This document shows, piece by piece, positions 8,316 through 17,960 of a stretch of DNA of 64,000 bases. Where the stretch lies: the NCBI GenBank assembly GCA_002304835.1, contig DBPK01000007.1, positions 18,650 to 82,649 on the forward strand, written 5' to 3'. The notes beneath the pieces were generated by a model. The model worked only from the letters and a program-made list of their open reading frames with translations. It did not search any database and was not told the origin of the DNA. Made by a program: the position numbers and the translations under genes. Within the stretch, counting starts at the first letter, position 1. Each line of letters begins with the position of its first letter. The stretch comes from Firmicutes bacterium UBA1422. GTDB taxonomy: Bacteria > Bacillota > Clostridia > Peptostreptococcales > Anaerovoracaceae.

Positions 8316-9461
8316 TCATAATTGTAAAAGTAATACCTTCATTATTTCACGAACTAAACGCGACGGAATGCCTTCTCCAATAACTCTACGAATAAATGTT
8401 TCTGATGCCCAGGATGGAATTGGCCAATCTAATGGAAGCGACATTACTATCAGCAATTCATATATTGTTAACACCCTAGGATCAGAATATAATTGTTCAC
8501 CAAATTCATTTTCATATGGTCTTCCAGGATGAACACATGCTAATGAAGAAATAACTCCATTGTTTTGTGTTATAGTTCTACAAGGCATATCCCACTTCAA
8601 TCTCCTATAATTATTATGATGAGCCTTTACAGGCACCCCTCCTTCTTTCTGAGGGTAATATTTCGAATTATATATAGCTGATTTGCCCGTCGGTGTATGC
8701 ATCATCCATTCAACCTGTTTCCATGAATGTGTTGGCGGAAAATGCCACTTTGACAAAGCTAACCCAGCTTCCCTTTTTTCTTCATATTCCGGAAATTTTT
8801 CCAGCGTAAGTTTCATTCCATCACGCAGTTTCGGATCCAATGATGGTAACGACCCTATCGCCTCCCTTAGTGTGATTTCCGGTTGTTTAGGCGGGAATTC
8901 CCATACGTACTTCAAGTCATTACGTACAAGTAAAAAAATATTTCTTTCTCTCAATTGTGGAACTCCGTAATCCTTCGCCATTACAAGAGTCTCCTTATTA
9001 AAGTGATAGTCTGCTTTTAATTCTCTTTTTATATACTCTGGAATAAGCAATATCTCATCACCATAACTGATTTTCGTTATAAGTTGCTTAGGAACATTTT
9101 CAAGTAAAACAAATTTTGGTTTTACTCTTTTAATTACATCTACTGCATAGGATACCAACTTATTTCTAGGATCCATCTCTAGTCTTAATCCTGCTTCACT
9201 CATACCTTGACATGGAGGTGTTGCCATAACAAAATCGATTTTCTTTTGGAGCGACTCTTCCACTATCTTGTCTCTTATTTCTTTTTTCGTTATATCGCCA
9301 CATATCATATGAGTATCTTTATATACTTCCTGATAAAACTTTGCTCTATCGGAATCTATTTCATTTGCTATGCACATGTTTACATCTATATCAGACATGT
9401 AAGCTTCCGCAATTCCAACATTTGCAAACAATGACAGCCCTTTTAATTTTGCCATCAACAA
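8316..9461 (-). CDS. DNA (cytosine-5) methyltransferase (M2.LlaJI/M.HgaI-type)
   Basis: Motif IV ATPPCQGMS, motif VI LLENVP, motif VIII PQLRERNIFL, motif X-like GEGIPS. Variant motif I LFANVG. Confidence 0.9.
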   Translation of the reverse strand: MLMAKLKGLSLFANVGIAEAYMSDIDVNMCIANEIDSDRAKFYQEVYKDTHMICGDITKKEIRDKIVEESLQKKIDFVMATPPCQGMSEAGLRLEMDPRNKLVSYAVDVIKRVKPKFVLLENVPKQLITKISYGDEILLIPEYIKRELKADYHFNKETLVMAKDYGVPQLRERNIFLLVRNDLKYVWEFPPKQPEITLREAIGSLPSLDPKLRDGMKLTLEKFPEYEEKREAGLALSKWHFPPTHSWKQVEWMMHTPTGKSAIYNSKYYPQKEGGVPVKAHHNNYRRLKWDMPCRTITQNNGVISSLACVHPGRPYENEFGEQLYSDPRVLTIYELLIVMSLPLDWPIPSWASETFIRRVIGEGIPSRLVREIMKVLLLQL

Positions 9462-9468
9462 TCATCTC

Positions 9469-10866
9469 CTATACTATCATTTCGAACACTTTTTTCACAA
9501 ATAACGGAGGAATTCCTTCACCAATGATTCTTCTCAAGAATGCTTCTGATGTATCATTTGGCACTGGCCATTCATCCGGAATGCTCATGATTTTCATGAG
9601 TTCATAAAGAGTAAGTACTCTTGCATCTGAATAAATATCGTCACCATTATCATCAACATACTCCAATCGCCCTGGGTGAACATTATTCTGAGATGAAATT
9701 TTTCTATTATCCATTGTTACAGTATATGCCGGTGTATCCCAATTTTGTCTTTTGTACGTATTATGATATCCTTTAACCGCATCGCCATTCTCCTTTACTG
9801 GGAAAAAAACTTCATTGTCAAAAGCAGTACAACCTGTCGGTGTATGCTGCATAGCAACAACTTGTCGTTTAAGATGATGCGGCGGATTGTGCCAACATGA
9901 AATATTATGAGCTTCAGCTTCTCTATCTCTAAAATGCGGGAAAAGATCTAGCAATTCTGTCTCGCTTATATCCGTAATAAATGGATCTAGATGCGGCAAA
10001 TCACCTATCGCATCTTCCATTGTCACAATTCTATTATCGTGCCTTGGAATTGTCCATTCCTTTCTCTCGTCTTTTCTAGTCATTAAAACAACCGCACGTT
10101 CCCTAGTTTGTGGAACAGAATAATTCTTTGTGTCAATTACATTTTTGTGAATAATATAATCATCGCTCAATTCATTATCTATCAATTCTTTAATTAAAAC
10201 TTCTTCATTTTCAAGCTCAATTTTCGTATTATAAAATAGGGGAACATTTTCTAAAAAGACGTATCTTGGTTGTACTTTTTTCACAATATCAATGACTGGC
10301 ATAATCAGCTTATTTCGCTCATCATTTAACTGTTGCGGTCCAGCAGTACTCATGCCTTGACACGGAGGTGTCGCCATTATAATGTCGATTTTATTTGCAA
10401 TTGCCTCATCAACTATTTCCCGAAGGATTTCTTTGTCCATAATATCACCACATATCATATGTGCATGAGGATATATCTTCGAATACAGAATAGCCCTTCT
10501 TTCTATAAATTCATTAGCAATTACAACATCTATGCCTATTTCCTTTAAATATGCCTCTGCAACCCCAATATTCGCAAATAATGATAATGCTTTCATGTTG
10601 CCCTCGCCTTCTATTACTTTTTGTTTTATTTGAGAATGAGAAAAATCAGAGTATAGCCTTACAGCCCTTTTTATCTGTGATTTCACAGTTCTGCTTAGCT
10701 CTATATAATTTGATTGTTGTTCTAGCTCAAATAAATACACCTTCTTTCCATGCCATGGCAATATTGAATCCGCACGTTTAAATCTTGACACAGTATTGCT
10801 TATAGTCTTTGACGTATACTCCGTATTATCAATTAACCACAACTTGAAATTGTTCAAATCAATCAT
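9469..10866 (-). CDS. DNA (cytosine-5) methyltransferase with a ~90-aa N-terminal extension (M1.LlaJI-type)
   Basis: ATPPCQGMS, FLENVP, PQTRERAVVL, GEGIPP. RBS AGGAGAAAAAA. Confidence 0.9.
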   Translation of the reverse strand: MIDLNNFKLWLIDNTEYTSKTISNTVSRFKRADSILPWHGKKVYLFELEQQSNYIELSRTVKSQIKRAVRLYSDFSHSQIKQKVIEGEGNMKALSLFANIGVAEAYLKEIGIDVVIANEFIERRAILYSKIYPHAHMICGDIMDKEILREIVDEAIANKIDIIMATPPCQGMSTAGPQQLNDERNKLIMPVIDIVKKVQPRYVFLENVPLFYNTKIELENEEVLIKELIDNELSDDYIIHKNVIDTKNYSVPQTRERAVVLMTRKDERKEWTIPRHDNRIVTMEDAIGDLPHLDPFITDISETELLDLFPHFRDREAEAHNISCWHNPPHHLKRQVVAMQHTPTGCTAFDNEVFFPVKENGDAVKGYHNTYKRQNWDTPAYTVTMDNRKISSQNNVHPGRLEYVDDNGDDIYSDARVLTLYELMKIMSIPDEWPVPNDTSEAFLRRIIGEGIPPLFVKKVFEMIV

Positions 10867-10901
10867 TTTTTTCTCCTGTTATTACACCATTCCGTAATGA
10901 A

Positions 10902-10951
10902 ATTATATCACATCCCAAAATCGGCGTCAATAATTTGACGCCGATTTTGGG
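10902..10951 (-). promoter_or_regulatory. R-M operon promoter embedded in a 17-bp perfect inverted repeat
   Basis: Minus strand reads TTGACG (RC of 10925-10930) - 17 nt - TATAAT (RC of 10902-10907) with a TG extended -10. Inverted repeat: CCCAAAATCGGCGTCAA 10914-10930 / TTGACGCCGATTTTGGG 10935-10951. Each arm contains GACGC/GCGTC. Confidence 0.55.
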
Positions 10952-10982
10952 AATTAAACAAACTATTCATTACTTTTTCCTA

Positions 10983-12542
10983 TCAATATTTTGGTATCCC
11001 GTATCCATAAATCACACTACCCCCAACCGTGTACGTTCTCCGCCTGCACATGTCGCTGCTATTACCTTCGATGGTTGTTATCGTTTTTCCATTGCAGCTT
11101 TCAACTATGCCAACGTGATCTGCTCCTCCGCCATTCCAATCAAAGAAGATTATATCTCCGGGCTTCGGCGTATAGCTTTTTTTCTGCCACTGACCTTTAC
11201 CTTTGAACCAACTTATCCCAGATTCAACGGCTGCAAATTTAGGTATAGTAGCGCTTTTGATATATCCGCATTGATCTGCACACCATGAAACAAAGCAGGC
11301 ACACCATTCAACTCTGCCATTGAAACCATACCAGCTCCAAAATTTCTTACCGCCTTTATTTCCTATCTGCTGTGCTGCGACCTTTGTGATCACACCATTC
11401 CCAACGCCGTAATTGTAACTGCCGTATGGATAATATCTGAGGACATGAGCCGGATACTGTTTGTCTCCATAAGATGACCATCCATGCTTCTTTGCCTGCT
11501 GATCTGAGAATAGCGAAGCATTTTCAACAGTATAACCCCCATCCCGTTTCACCGCCCAAGATATATATCCATTGCCATAGTTGTATCCCTGAAGTGCAAG
11601 TCTGATGTGACTCATATCGAGAGGGCTTTTACATTTTGCCTGTTTGAGACACGACGCTACTTCCTGGACTCCGCATGATATTGAATAATCCGGATCCGTT
11701 ATGCCGTTTGGCTGCTTAGAGTACTTCTTGTTGAACGGTCCTTCTGAAGACTGCATCGGGTCTTCTCCTTTGCCTCCCGATTCCTGCATCATGACTGCCT
11801 TTACAAGCTCTGTGTATTCCGAGATCCCATATTTCTGACAGTATTTCTGTATCACAGGCGAATAAGCTTCCACCTCTGCACTTACCGGCGTATAGTTGCC
11901 CGAGCTCTCATCTCCAAACATATAAAAAGCTGCCCCGAAAAGGCAGCAAACAACTATCGCTATTATTGCTATCCATCCTCCTGCAGCTATAGCCTGCACG
12001 AGAGCCTTCATGCTTTCTATGATCATGCGTACGGCTTTGATGGTAGCCTTACCGATACGCTTCGTTTCCTTCACTGCTTCCTTGGCCGCTTTACGCATTC
12101 GCTCTTCCGAGGATATGACAAGTCTTTCGTTGGCATAACGTCTGGCAGCATCTGCCTTTCTCACTATTCCTATCTGTCTTGTGACCTGCCTCTTGTTTGC
12201 AAAGTTCCTTGTTTTTATCGAAGCTATTTCTTCTGCCGACTTTGCGTACGCTTCTGCAGATGCAGCATAACCGCTTTTTATCCTATGCTCCTTCATCTTT
12301 ACTTTGGCCTTTGATACCAATGCCCTTGTCGCCTTTTCGGATGTTGAAAGCCCATTTTCTGCTGCGTTTCTCATTTTGTCAGTGGCATATGAAACCGGCG
12401 AATTATCATCACTTTCACGCATAGATTCTGCTCTGTCTTTTGTTTTCGTATATGTCACACGCATACGGTCTGCAACTGATGCTGCCTTATCAAGAGACTT
12501 TATGGCCCCTTTGTTTATTTGTCTGGTACGTATATCTGCCAT
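10983..12542 (-). CDS. Conjugation cell-wall hydrolase (TM + lysozyme-like + CHAP/NlpC-P60 domains)
   Basis: VMMQESGGKGEDPMQSSE (lytic transglycosylase-like). CHAP Cys in WCACFVSWCADQCGY and His in ADHVGIVES. Start set at MADIRTRQ after AAAGGAGAAG. Confidence 0.85.
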   Translation of the reverse strand: MADIRTRQINKGAIKSLDKAASVADRMRVTYTKTKDRAESMRESDDNSPVSYATDKMRNAAENGLSTSEKATRALVSKAKVKMKEHRIKSGYAASAEAYAKSAEEIASIKTRNFANKRQVTRQIGIVRKADAARRYANERLVISSEERMRKAAKEAVKETKRIGKATIKAVRMIIESMKALVQAIAAGGWIAIIAIVVCCLFGAAFYMFGDESSGNYTPVSAEVEAYSPVIQKYCQKYGISEYTELVKAVMMQESGGKGEDPMQSSEGPFNKKYSKQPNGITDPDYSISCGVQEVASCLKQAKCKSPLDMSHIRLALQGYNYGNGYISWAVKRDGGYTVENASLFSDQQAKKHGWSSYGDKQYPAHVLRYYPYGSYNYGVGNGVITKVAAQQIGNKGGKKFWSWYGFNGRVEWCACFVSWCADQCGYIKSATIPKFAAVESGISWFKGKGQWQKKSYTPKPGDIIFFDWNGGGADHVGIVESCNGKTITTIEGNSSDMCRRRTYTVGGSVIYGYGIPKY

Positions 12543-12672
12543 TCGCTCTTCTCCTTTTTTTCCATAAAAAAACAGCCAGCTGCGTCTAAACAACCGGCTG
12601 TCACATTATTATTCATATCAGCAATCGCAAACACCTGCGATCAATGTATGGAAATCAAGTAATCCTGCTTTG

Positions 12673-13473
12673 TTATTTCATGGCATTCAAACCGTCAACG
12701 ATTCCTGACATCACCGTTTCATTTGAGACATCGAGCCAGTTCTTTCTAGATGTTTCCAGCCTCTCGATATACCGCTTATCCTCAAAAGTTGTTCTGACTC
12801 GTTTGAGGATATCTACAATATCGTTTTCTCTCATACCGTCATCTGCAAAAATGAATGTATCAAAGCATTGCAGTAGTCTTTCCTCATTGACCTTATCCAG
12901 TAAGTAATAAATATCATATATGTCTTTGAATCTTGTGGAGAATGGTCCGAATTTTAGTATCGACCTTAACTTTTCCGTAAGCATCTGTTCCTTGGAATTT
13001 ATCAGCAGACTTGCGCCATCATCGTCAAAGCCTATGTCAAAGCAATACTCTTCCTGCGCAATATCTATGTTTTTATTCACGCCAAGGTCTATCTTGCTGT
13101 TGAGTTTTGTTCCTGTTTCATCCTCGATCTCAATATGTATCCTTTTGCCATGATAATCCTGTTGTTTCAGCTCCTCTATCCTGCCAATGATTTTTATCGA
13201 AACATCTCCTGCCTCATTGAGCTTGTTGACGAATCGTTCAATGGAGTCTTCTTCCAGTGAATATCTTATAAAATCGATATCCATATCCTGTGTGGCGCGC
13301 CTCGTATCCTGTGAAATGCTCCGCATCACTACTCCGCCCTTTATTGTACAATTCCTGCTCAGAGTACTTTTGGAGATCATCTGAAGTATGATGTCCTGAC
13401 ACAACTTTGCCTCTGCATTGGCTTCGTTATAACCTTCTTCTTTTATTCTATCTATCTGCTCATTTATATTCAT
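12673..13473 (-). CDS. AbiEii/AbiGii-family nucleotidyltransferase toxin (type IV TA)
   Basis: IKGGVVMRSI..TRRATQDMDIDF NTase-like motif. ATGA start/stop overlap with the upstream AbiEi-like gene. Confidence 0.75.
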   Translation of the reverse strand: MNINEQIDRIKEEGYNEANAEAKLCQDIILQMISKSTLSRNCTIKGGVVMRSISQDTRRATQDMDIDFIRYSLEEDSIERFVNKLNEAGDVSIKIIGRIEELKQQDYHGKRIHIEIEDETGTKLNSKIDLGVNKNIDIAQEEYCFDIGFDDDGASLLINSKEQMLTEKLRSILKFGPFSTRFKDIYDIYYLLDKVNEERLLQCFDTFIFADDGMRENDIVDILKRVRTTFEDKRYIERLETSRKNWLDVSNETVMSGIVDGLNAMK

Positions 13474-14024
13474 CAGAAAATCTCCTCTTCTATAATGCTC
13501 TGTATCTTGACCCTTGCCGGAAACATCGGCAGGTACTCCTGCAGTTTTTCTGTATCTATATCATATACTCGCTCACGGTAACTGCGTACTATCTCTTTGT
13601 AATAATCATATGGCAGCTTGCTTCGATATTTAATCAATTCTATGATCAGCCGTTCAAGATCATATATGCGGATATCAACTCCCTGATGATTCATTTGTGT
13701 TTTCCCAATATCCAGAAGGTCCTCACTGCAGAAATACTGTTTGATCTTTTTGTTGCGTATCTTTGATGCGTTCCTGCCGGTATTGAGTATATATTTATCT
13801 GGGATCACATCCGTAAGGCCATGATAATAGAAGGCGCTGTCGAGAGTTAATATTGCGTTAGGATATTTGAACATAACAAGTTCAAGCTCTGAGACTCTGT
13901 CTCTATCAGCATATATGCCTTTTTCGATCTGGAACAACGTCCCATCGTTTACTGCTTTTTTCAGATTGTAATCAGTCCCGTATTTATCCATACATGCGCG
14001 ATATGAATAGATCATTCCTGGCAT
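13473..14024 (-). CDS. AbiEi-family antitoxin / transcriptional regulator
   Basis: N-terminal wHTH-like GTLFQIEKGIYADRD and ILTLDSAFYYHGLTD pattern typical of AbiEi. Translationally coupled to AbiEii. Confidence 0.7.
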   Translation of the reverse strand: MPGMIYSYRACMDKYGTDYNLKKAVNDGTLFQIEKGIYADRDRVSELELVMFKYPNAILTLDSAFYYHGLTDVIPDKYILNTGRNASKIRNKKIKQYFCSEDLLDIGKTQMNHQGVDIRIYDLERLIIELIKYRSKLPYDYYKEIVRSYRERVYDIDTEKLQEYLPMFPARVKIQSIIEEEIF

Positions 14025-14041
14025 CTCCTTTCAAGCGATTA

Positions 14042-14066
14042 TCCGCAAGTAGTATGTGTTTGCGGA
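14042..14066. promoter_or_regulatory. Inverted repeat upstream of abiEi (possible autoregulatory operator)
   Basis: TCCGCAA-n11-TTGCGGA located 18 bp upstream of the AbiEi start. Confidence 0.3.
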
Positions 14067-14167
14067 CTTTTACTTAAATTATACTGAAAAATATCTATTT
14101 GTCAACAGCATAAGTAAAAATATGTATCGGCAGCAATCTCTTGCCGCCATAAAGTCAGAAATCATTA

Positions 14168-16513
14168 CTATGATTTCACATCTTCCAATCCCTCTCCCGG
14201 CTTTGTCGTCATCAGTTTATATAGTTTGGTATCCTTTGGAAAACTGTTGGCGAATGGTACGAGACTCGATCCAACCTTTATCAATCCATGCCCTGCATCC
14301 ACGTTAGTAATATACGAAAGCTGCAGATCCGAGATGTTAAGAAGTTTGGCCAGCTCCTCTCTGTCCATAGCCGCCTGGTTCAGCATTACTATGAACTCTG
14401 AGTTTGAAAGCATGGTCCTTGCTGTGTGTGACTGCAAAAGGTCATCCACATTCTGAGTTATGCCGGTGCAGTAAGCTCCGTACTTTCTCACCCTCTTCCA
14501 GAGCTTGAACAGGAACTGCGCTGAATACTCATGCATGAACAAAAGGTATATCTCATCAATGAACAGAAAAGTCTGCTTCCCTTTCTGCCTGTTACTTGTG
14601 ATACGGTTCAGTATAGAATCCAGTATGACCAGCATGCCTATTGCCCTCAGCTGTTCGCCCAGTTCGAGGATGTCGTAGCATATGAGACGATTGTCAGTAT
14701 TGACATTGGTCTGTTTTGCGAAGGTATTGAGAGAGCCTCTTGTGAAGAGCTCAAGCTCAAGAGCCAGTGACTTTGCCTCAGGCTCCTCCTGCCTGAGAAG
14801 CTCATCTCTGAAATCCCGAAGAGTCGGTGGCGTGCCTTTGTAGTCACCCTGCTTATAGTAGCGATATACATTCTCAGTACAACGGTCTATGATAGACTGC
14901 TGGCCTTTTGCGAAGTGATGCCCCGCTATGATCTGCTCACAGAGGGACTGCAGGAATTGAGACTTTTCTATGATAGGATCCACCTCTCCATAGTCCTTGC
15001 TCATGTCCATTGCATTGATATGATTAGGCGATGTGGCTGAGATCTCGATGACCGAGCCACCCATCGCTCTTACAAGTGGGGCATACTCGCGCTCCGGATC
15101 TATTATGATTATGTCTGCATCTGAGGACAGCATGAGATTAGTGATCTCGTTCTTCCCTGTAAATGACTTACCCGAACCGGACACGCCCAGAATGAATGAA
15201 TTGCCGTTGAGGAGCTTTCTCCTGTCTGCTATCATCATATTTTTGCTTATGACGTTCTGCCCATAGTATATCCCGTTTTCATCATATACTTCCTGTACTC
15301 TAAAGGGCATGAACACCGCAAGACTTTCTGTAGTAAGCGTTCTGAAGGCATCGATCTTCCTCACCCCGAAGGGCAGCGCCGTCATAAGTCCGTCAAGCTG
15401 CTGATACCTTAGCACTGAAAGCTGACAGAGATGTTTCCTCGCTGTTGTAAGTATGGCTTCAGTATCATTATCAAGCTGCTTCTTTGTATCTGCAGTATGA
15501 ACGATTGTAACGACTGCAAACATCATCCTCTGATCTCTTGTCGTAAGATCGTCCAGGAAGTCTTTTGATTCCTTTCTCTGCTGCTCCATATCGTACGGCA
15601 CTACCGCAGAAAAGTTGTTGTTCATGTTCTGCCTTCTCTGCCAGTTGGTTATATTGGTCTCGACTCCAAGAAGCCTGTTCTCCACTTCTCTTACCGCCTC
15701 ATCTGTTGGCACAGGCACCACGTCGATGGAAAGCATCATGTTCCTGTTCACGTCAGTAAGCTCCGCCACCATACTGTCCTTGATATATGACGCATAGTCT
15801 CTGAGAAGCAGAACTCTTCCATATCTGCCGCCTATCATGAAATATTCGCCGTCATTCTCAAATCCATCAGGGCAGATATAGTCCTTAAAGTCCGCCCCCT
15901 TCTTCATGTGATCATCAAAGTCAAAGTGGAAGGTAGTTTCCTCGCCGCTCCTCATGAAGTCGTGTATGATCCGAAGCCTCGCTTCTCCGTCAAGCTCCGT
16001 ACAGACAGAACCAAGCCTTCCAAAATGAGATATGAGATCAGTCCCTACTCTTGAAAAATATGTCCTTGCATCCTCTATGTCTTTCTTTGCTACCGATACG
16101 GTCACATACTTGTCCTGCACTATGGAATTTGATCCCGTGGCTTTCTCCATAAGCATATGGTTGTATTCCTGCCTGTACTCGTTGAGGCCGTCTTCCTTCA
16201 TGTCTATAAGGATCTGCTTCTCAAAATCATCGCGGTTGAGTCTTCTGTTGTTGATAGTGATCTTGGTCGTTGCTCCGCTGTCTAAGGAGTTAAGTAGCTC
16301 TGAATACTCAAGAAACATCGCCTCCTTATCATCCTTTGACGCTACCGCATAGTTTATGTCTTCAAAGCGGAACATTTTGCTATACTTGTTTTTGCCGGAC
16401 AAAAATATCCCGTCCGGCCATATGGTCTTGACGGGGATCATGTCCTGCAGCTTCTTAGGCACCTCGACCTTTTCCTTATCCTGTTTCATCATATTAGTCA
16501 GTGTCTTTATCAT
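14168..16513 (-). CDS. virB4: VirB4-family conjugative T4SS ATPase
   Basis: 781 aa. Walker A ILGVSGSGKSF, Walker B TFLFIDEIY. Overlaps the PrgI-like gene. Confidence 0.9.
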   Translation of the reverse strand: MIKTLTNMMKQDKEKVEVPKKLQDMIPVKTIWPDGIFLSGKNKYSKMFRFEDINYAVASKDDKEAMFLEYSELLNSLDSGATTKITINNRRLNRDDFEKQILIDMKEDGLNEYRQEYNHMLMEKATGSNSIVQDKYVTVSVAKKDIEDARTYFSRVGTDLISHFGRLGSVCTELDGEARLRIIHDFMRSGEETTFHFDFDDHMKKGADFKDYICPDGFENDGEYFMIGGRYGRVLLLRDYASYIKDSMVAELTDVNRNMMLSIDVVPVPTDEAVREVENRLLGVETNITNWQRRQNMNNNFSAVVPYDMEQQRKESKDFLDDLTTRDQRMMFAVVTIVHTADTKKQLDNDTEAILTTARKHLCQLSVLRYQQLDGLMTALPFGVRKIDAFRTLTTESLAVFMPFRVQEVYDENGIYYGQNVISKNMMIADRRKLLNGNSFILGVSGSGKSFTGKNEITNLMLSSDADIIIIDPEREYAPLVRAMGGSVIEISATSPNHINAMDMSKDYGEVDPIIEKSQFLQSLCEQIIAGHHFAKGQQSIIDRCTENVYRYYKQGDYKGTPPTLRDFRDELLRQEEPEAKSLALELELFTRGSLNTFAKQTNVNTDNRLICYDILELGEQLRAIGMLVILDSILNRITSNRQKGKQTFLFIDEIYLLFMHEYSAQFLFKLWKRVRKYGAYCTGITQNVDDLLQSHTARTMLSNSEFIVMLNQAAMDREELAKLLNISDLQLSYITNVDAGHGLIKVGSSLVPFANSFPKDTKLYKLMTTKPGEGLEDVKS

Positions 16514-16922
16514 GCTTTCGTCTCCTCTCTGTTATCCAGGCCAGCATCTTCATTTTCAGCCTGTACGATCTTTTACTTTCTCTTTTCTTTTGCTCTCTTG
16601 CGTCTCTGATCACGGTGACATACATATTCGTATTCCCGAAATCAAGCGTCTTCGGCATGAGCATCTCCGACTTCAGGAATGCCCACAGGAACTTCTCTGC
16701 TGTCATTCCGTTATATTTCAGAAAGCCTATGGCAGCAAAAGGCACGGCTGCAACTATGCAAACCCAGCTTACTGTCTCAAGGCCAAGGATCGGCCGCAGT
16801 GTAAAATACACTACGACCGCGACCCCGCAGGCCAGAACAGAAAAAATGAACTGCCGAAGTGACAGCCCAAAGAACATGGATTCCGTATAGTTACGGATCT
16901 CTCTGTTTATCTTTACTTCCAT
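16494..16922 (-). CDS. PrgI/TcpE-family conjugal transfer membrane protein
   Basis: YTESMFFGLSLRQFIF followed by two TM segments. Position immediately upstream of VirB4. Confidence 0.6.
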   Translation of the reverse strand: MEVKINREIRNYTESMFFGLSLRQFIFSVLACGVAVVVYFTLRPILGLETVSWVCIVAAVPFAAIGFLKYNGMTAEKFLWAFLKSEMLMPKTLDFGNTNMYVTVIRDAREQKKRESKRSYRLKMKMLAWITERRRKHDKDTD

Positions 16923-16925
16923 CTG

Positions 16926-17882
16926 CTACCTCCCTGCCTCCGATACTCTGCTGCCGAGTTCCGGCGCCGCCTGCATGGTCTCAAGCTTTCTTTCTCCCAT
17001 GTCAAAATGATATACGCTATCTGAGAGCACATCCTTTGGCGCGACTACGGAACTGTTTGCGTCTTTTACCATATCCGTAAGCTGCCCTGCATCAAATCCC
17101 GCTGATTCCGGTACCACTATGACTTCGTGGAGCGAACTTGGAAGGACATAATATCCTTCTCCTATCTTCTCGCTGATCTGCTCCTGGATCTCAGGATAAA
17201 AAAGAGCAGAGGCACCAAGCACTCCGCTCGCATTCGATAGGACATACATATTGCTTCTCTCATAGAGAGGCCCTTCTGTATCCAGGACATTACTATGCGA
17301 TACCCCGAACATATTCCTCTCCATATCCATCATGACCGGCGGATCAACGCTTCTCACATTGGAAAGAGCATCAAAGAACAGTTTTCTTTTATCGTAACCG
17401 TACTTCTCCATCATATCTTTTGTGATAGTGGTCCTCCATTCTCCGTCTTCGCCCGATCTCAGCTTGATATCAAAGACAAGAGCGAGGCCATTGCCAACAG
17501 GCATATACGGCGTGTTAACCAGGTACATGCGATTACGCTTCATCTCCAAAAGTCTGAAGGTCAGCTTATCCTTTATGCTGCTGTAATCAAGTGGAAGCTC
17601 ATCCGGCTTGATCTCCGGTCTTTTTGCTTCTTTGAACACACCTACAACTTCTTGCATCAACTCTTTCATGGATTCTCCGTTTTCAAAGCGTTCATAGAAG
17701 CTGTCGAGATATATGTTAGGCGATATATCTTCGTTCCCATTTTTGAGAGATACTCCGTGAAGCTCTATATCATTACACTTGAGCACTGTGTTCATGGCAA
17801 GAGCAGTGCCCTTTCTCACGTCTTCCGGAAGCTGCTCCAAAAGCTCGTCCATTGCTCTGCCCCAAAATTCCTGCTTATTCAT
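16926..17882 (-). CDS. Conserved ICE protein (DUF5688-like), function unknown
   Basis: 318-aa ORF in the backbone. Family assignment is from memory of the NDIELHGVSL..ISPNIYLDSFYERFENG pattern. Confidence 0.55.
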   Translation of the reverse strand: MNKQEFWGRAMDELLEQLPEDVRKGTALAMNTVLKCNDIELHGVSLKNGNEDISPNIYLDSFYERFENGESMKELMQEVVGVFKEAKRPEIKPDELPLDYSSIKDKLTFRLLEMKRNRMYLVNTPYMPVGNGLALVFDIKLRSGEDGEWRTTITKDMMEKYGYDKRKLFFDALSNVRSVDPPVMMDMERNMFGVSHSNVLDTEGPLYERSNMYVLSNASGVLGASALFYPEIQEQISEKIGEGYYVLPSSLHEVIVVPESAGFDAGQLTDMVKDANSSVVAPKDVLSDSVYHFDMGERKLETMQAAPELGSRVSEAGR

Positions 17883-17960
17883 CCTTATCTTCTCCTTCCA
17901 TCAGCATCTCTTTGAATGCTGCGATCCTTTTGATTTGTTCTGACATGGTTTTCTCCTTTC

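Noticed and set aside
17295-17915. 206-aa plus-strand ORF. The same applies to other long antisense ORFs, e.g. 2654-3193, 34697-35380, 42149-42862, 51607-52419 and 63060-63656.
   Set aside because: Each is antisense to a motif-supported minus-strand gene, lacks an RBS and has shadow-ORF composition.
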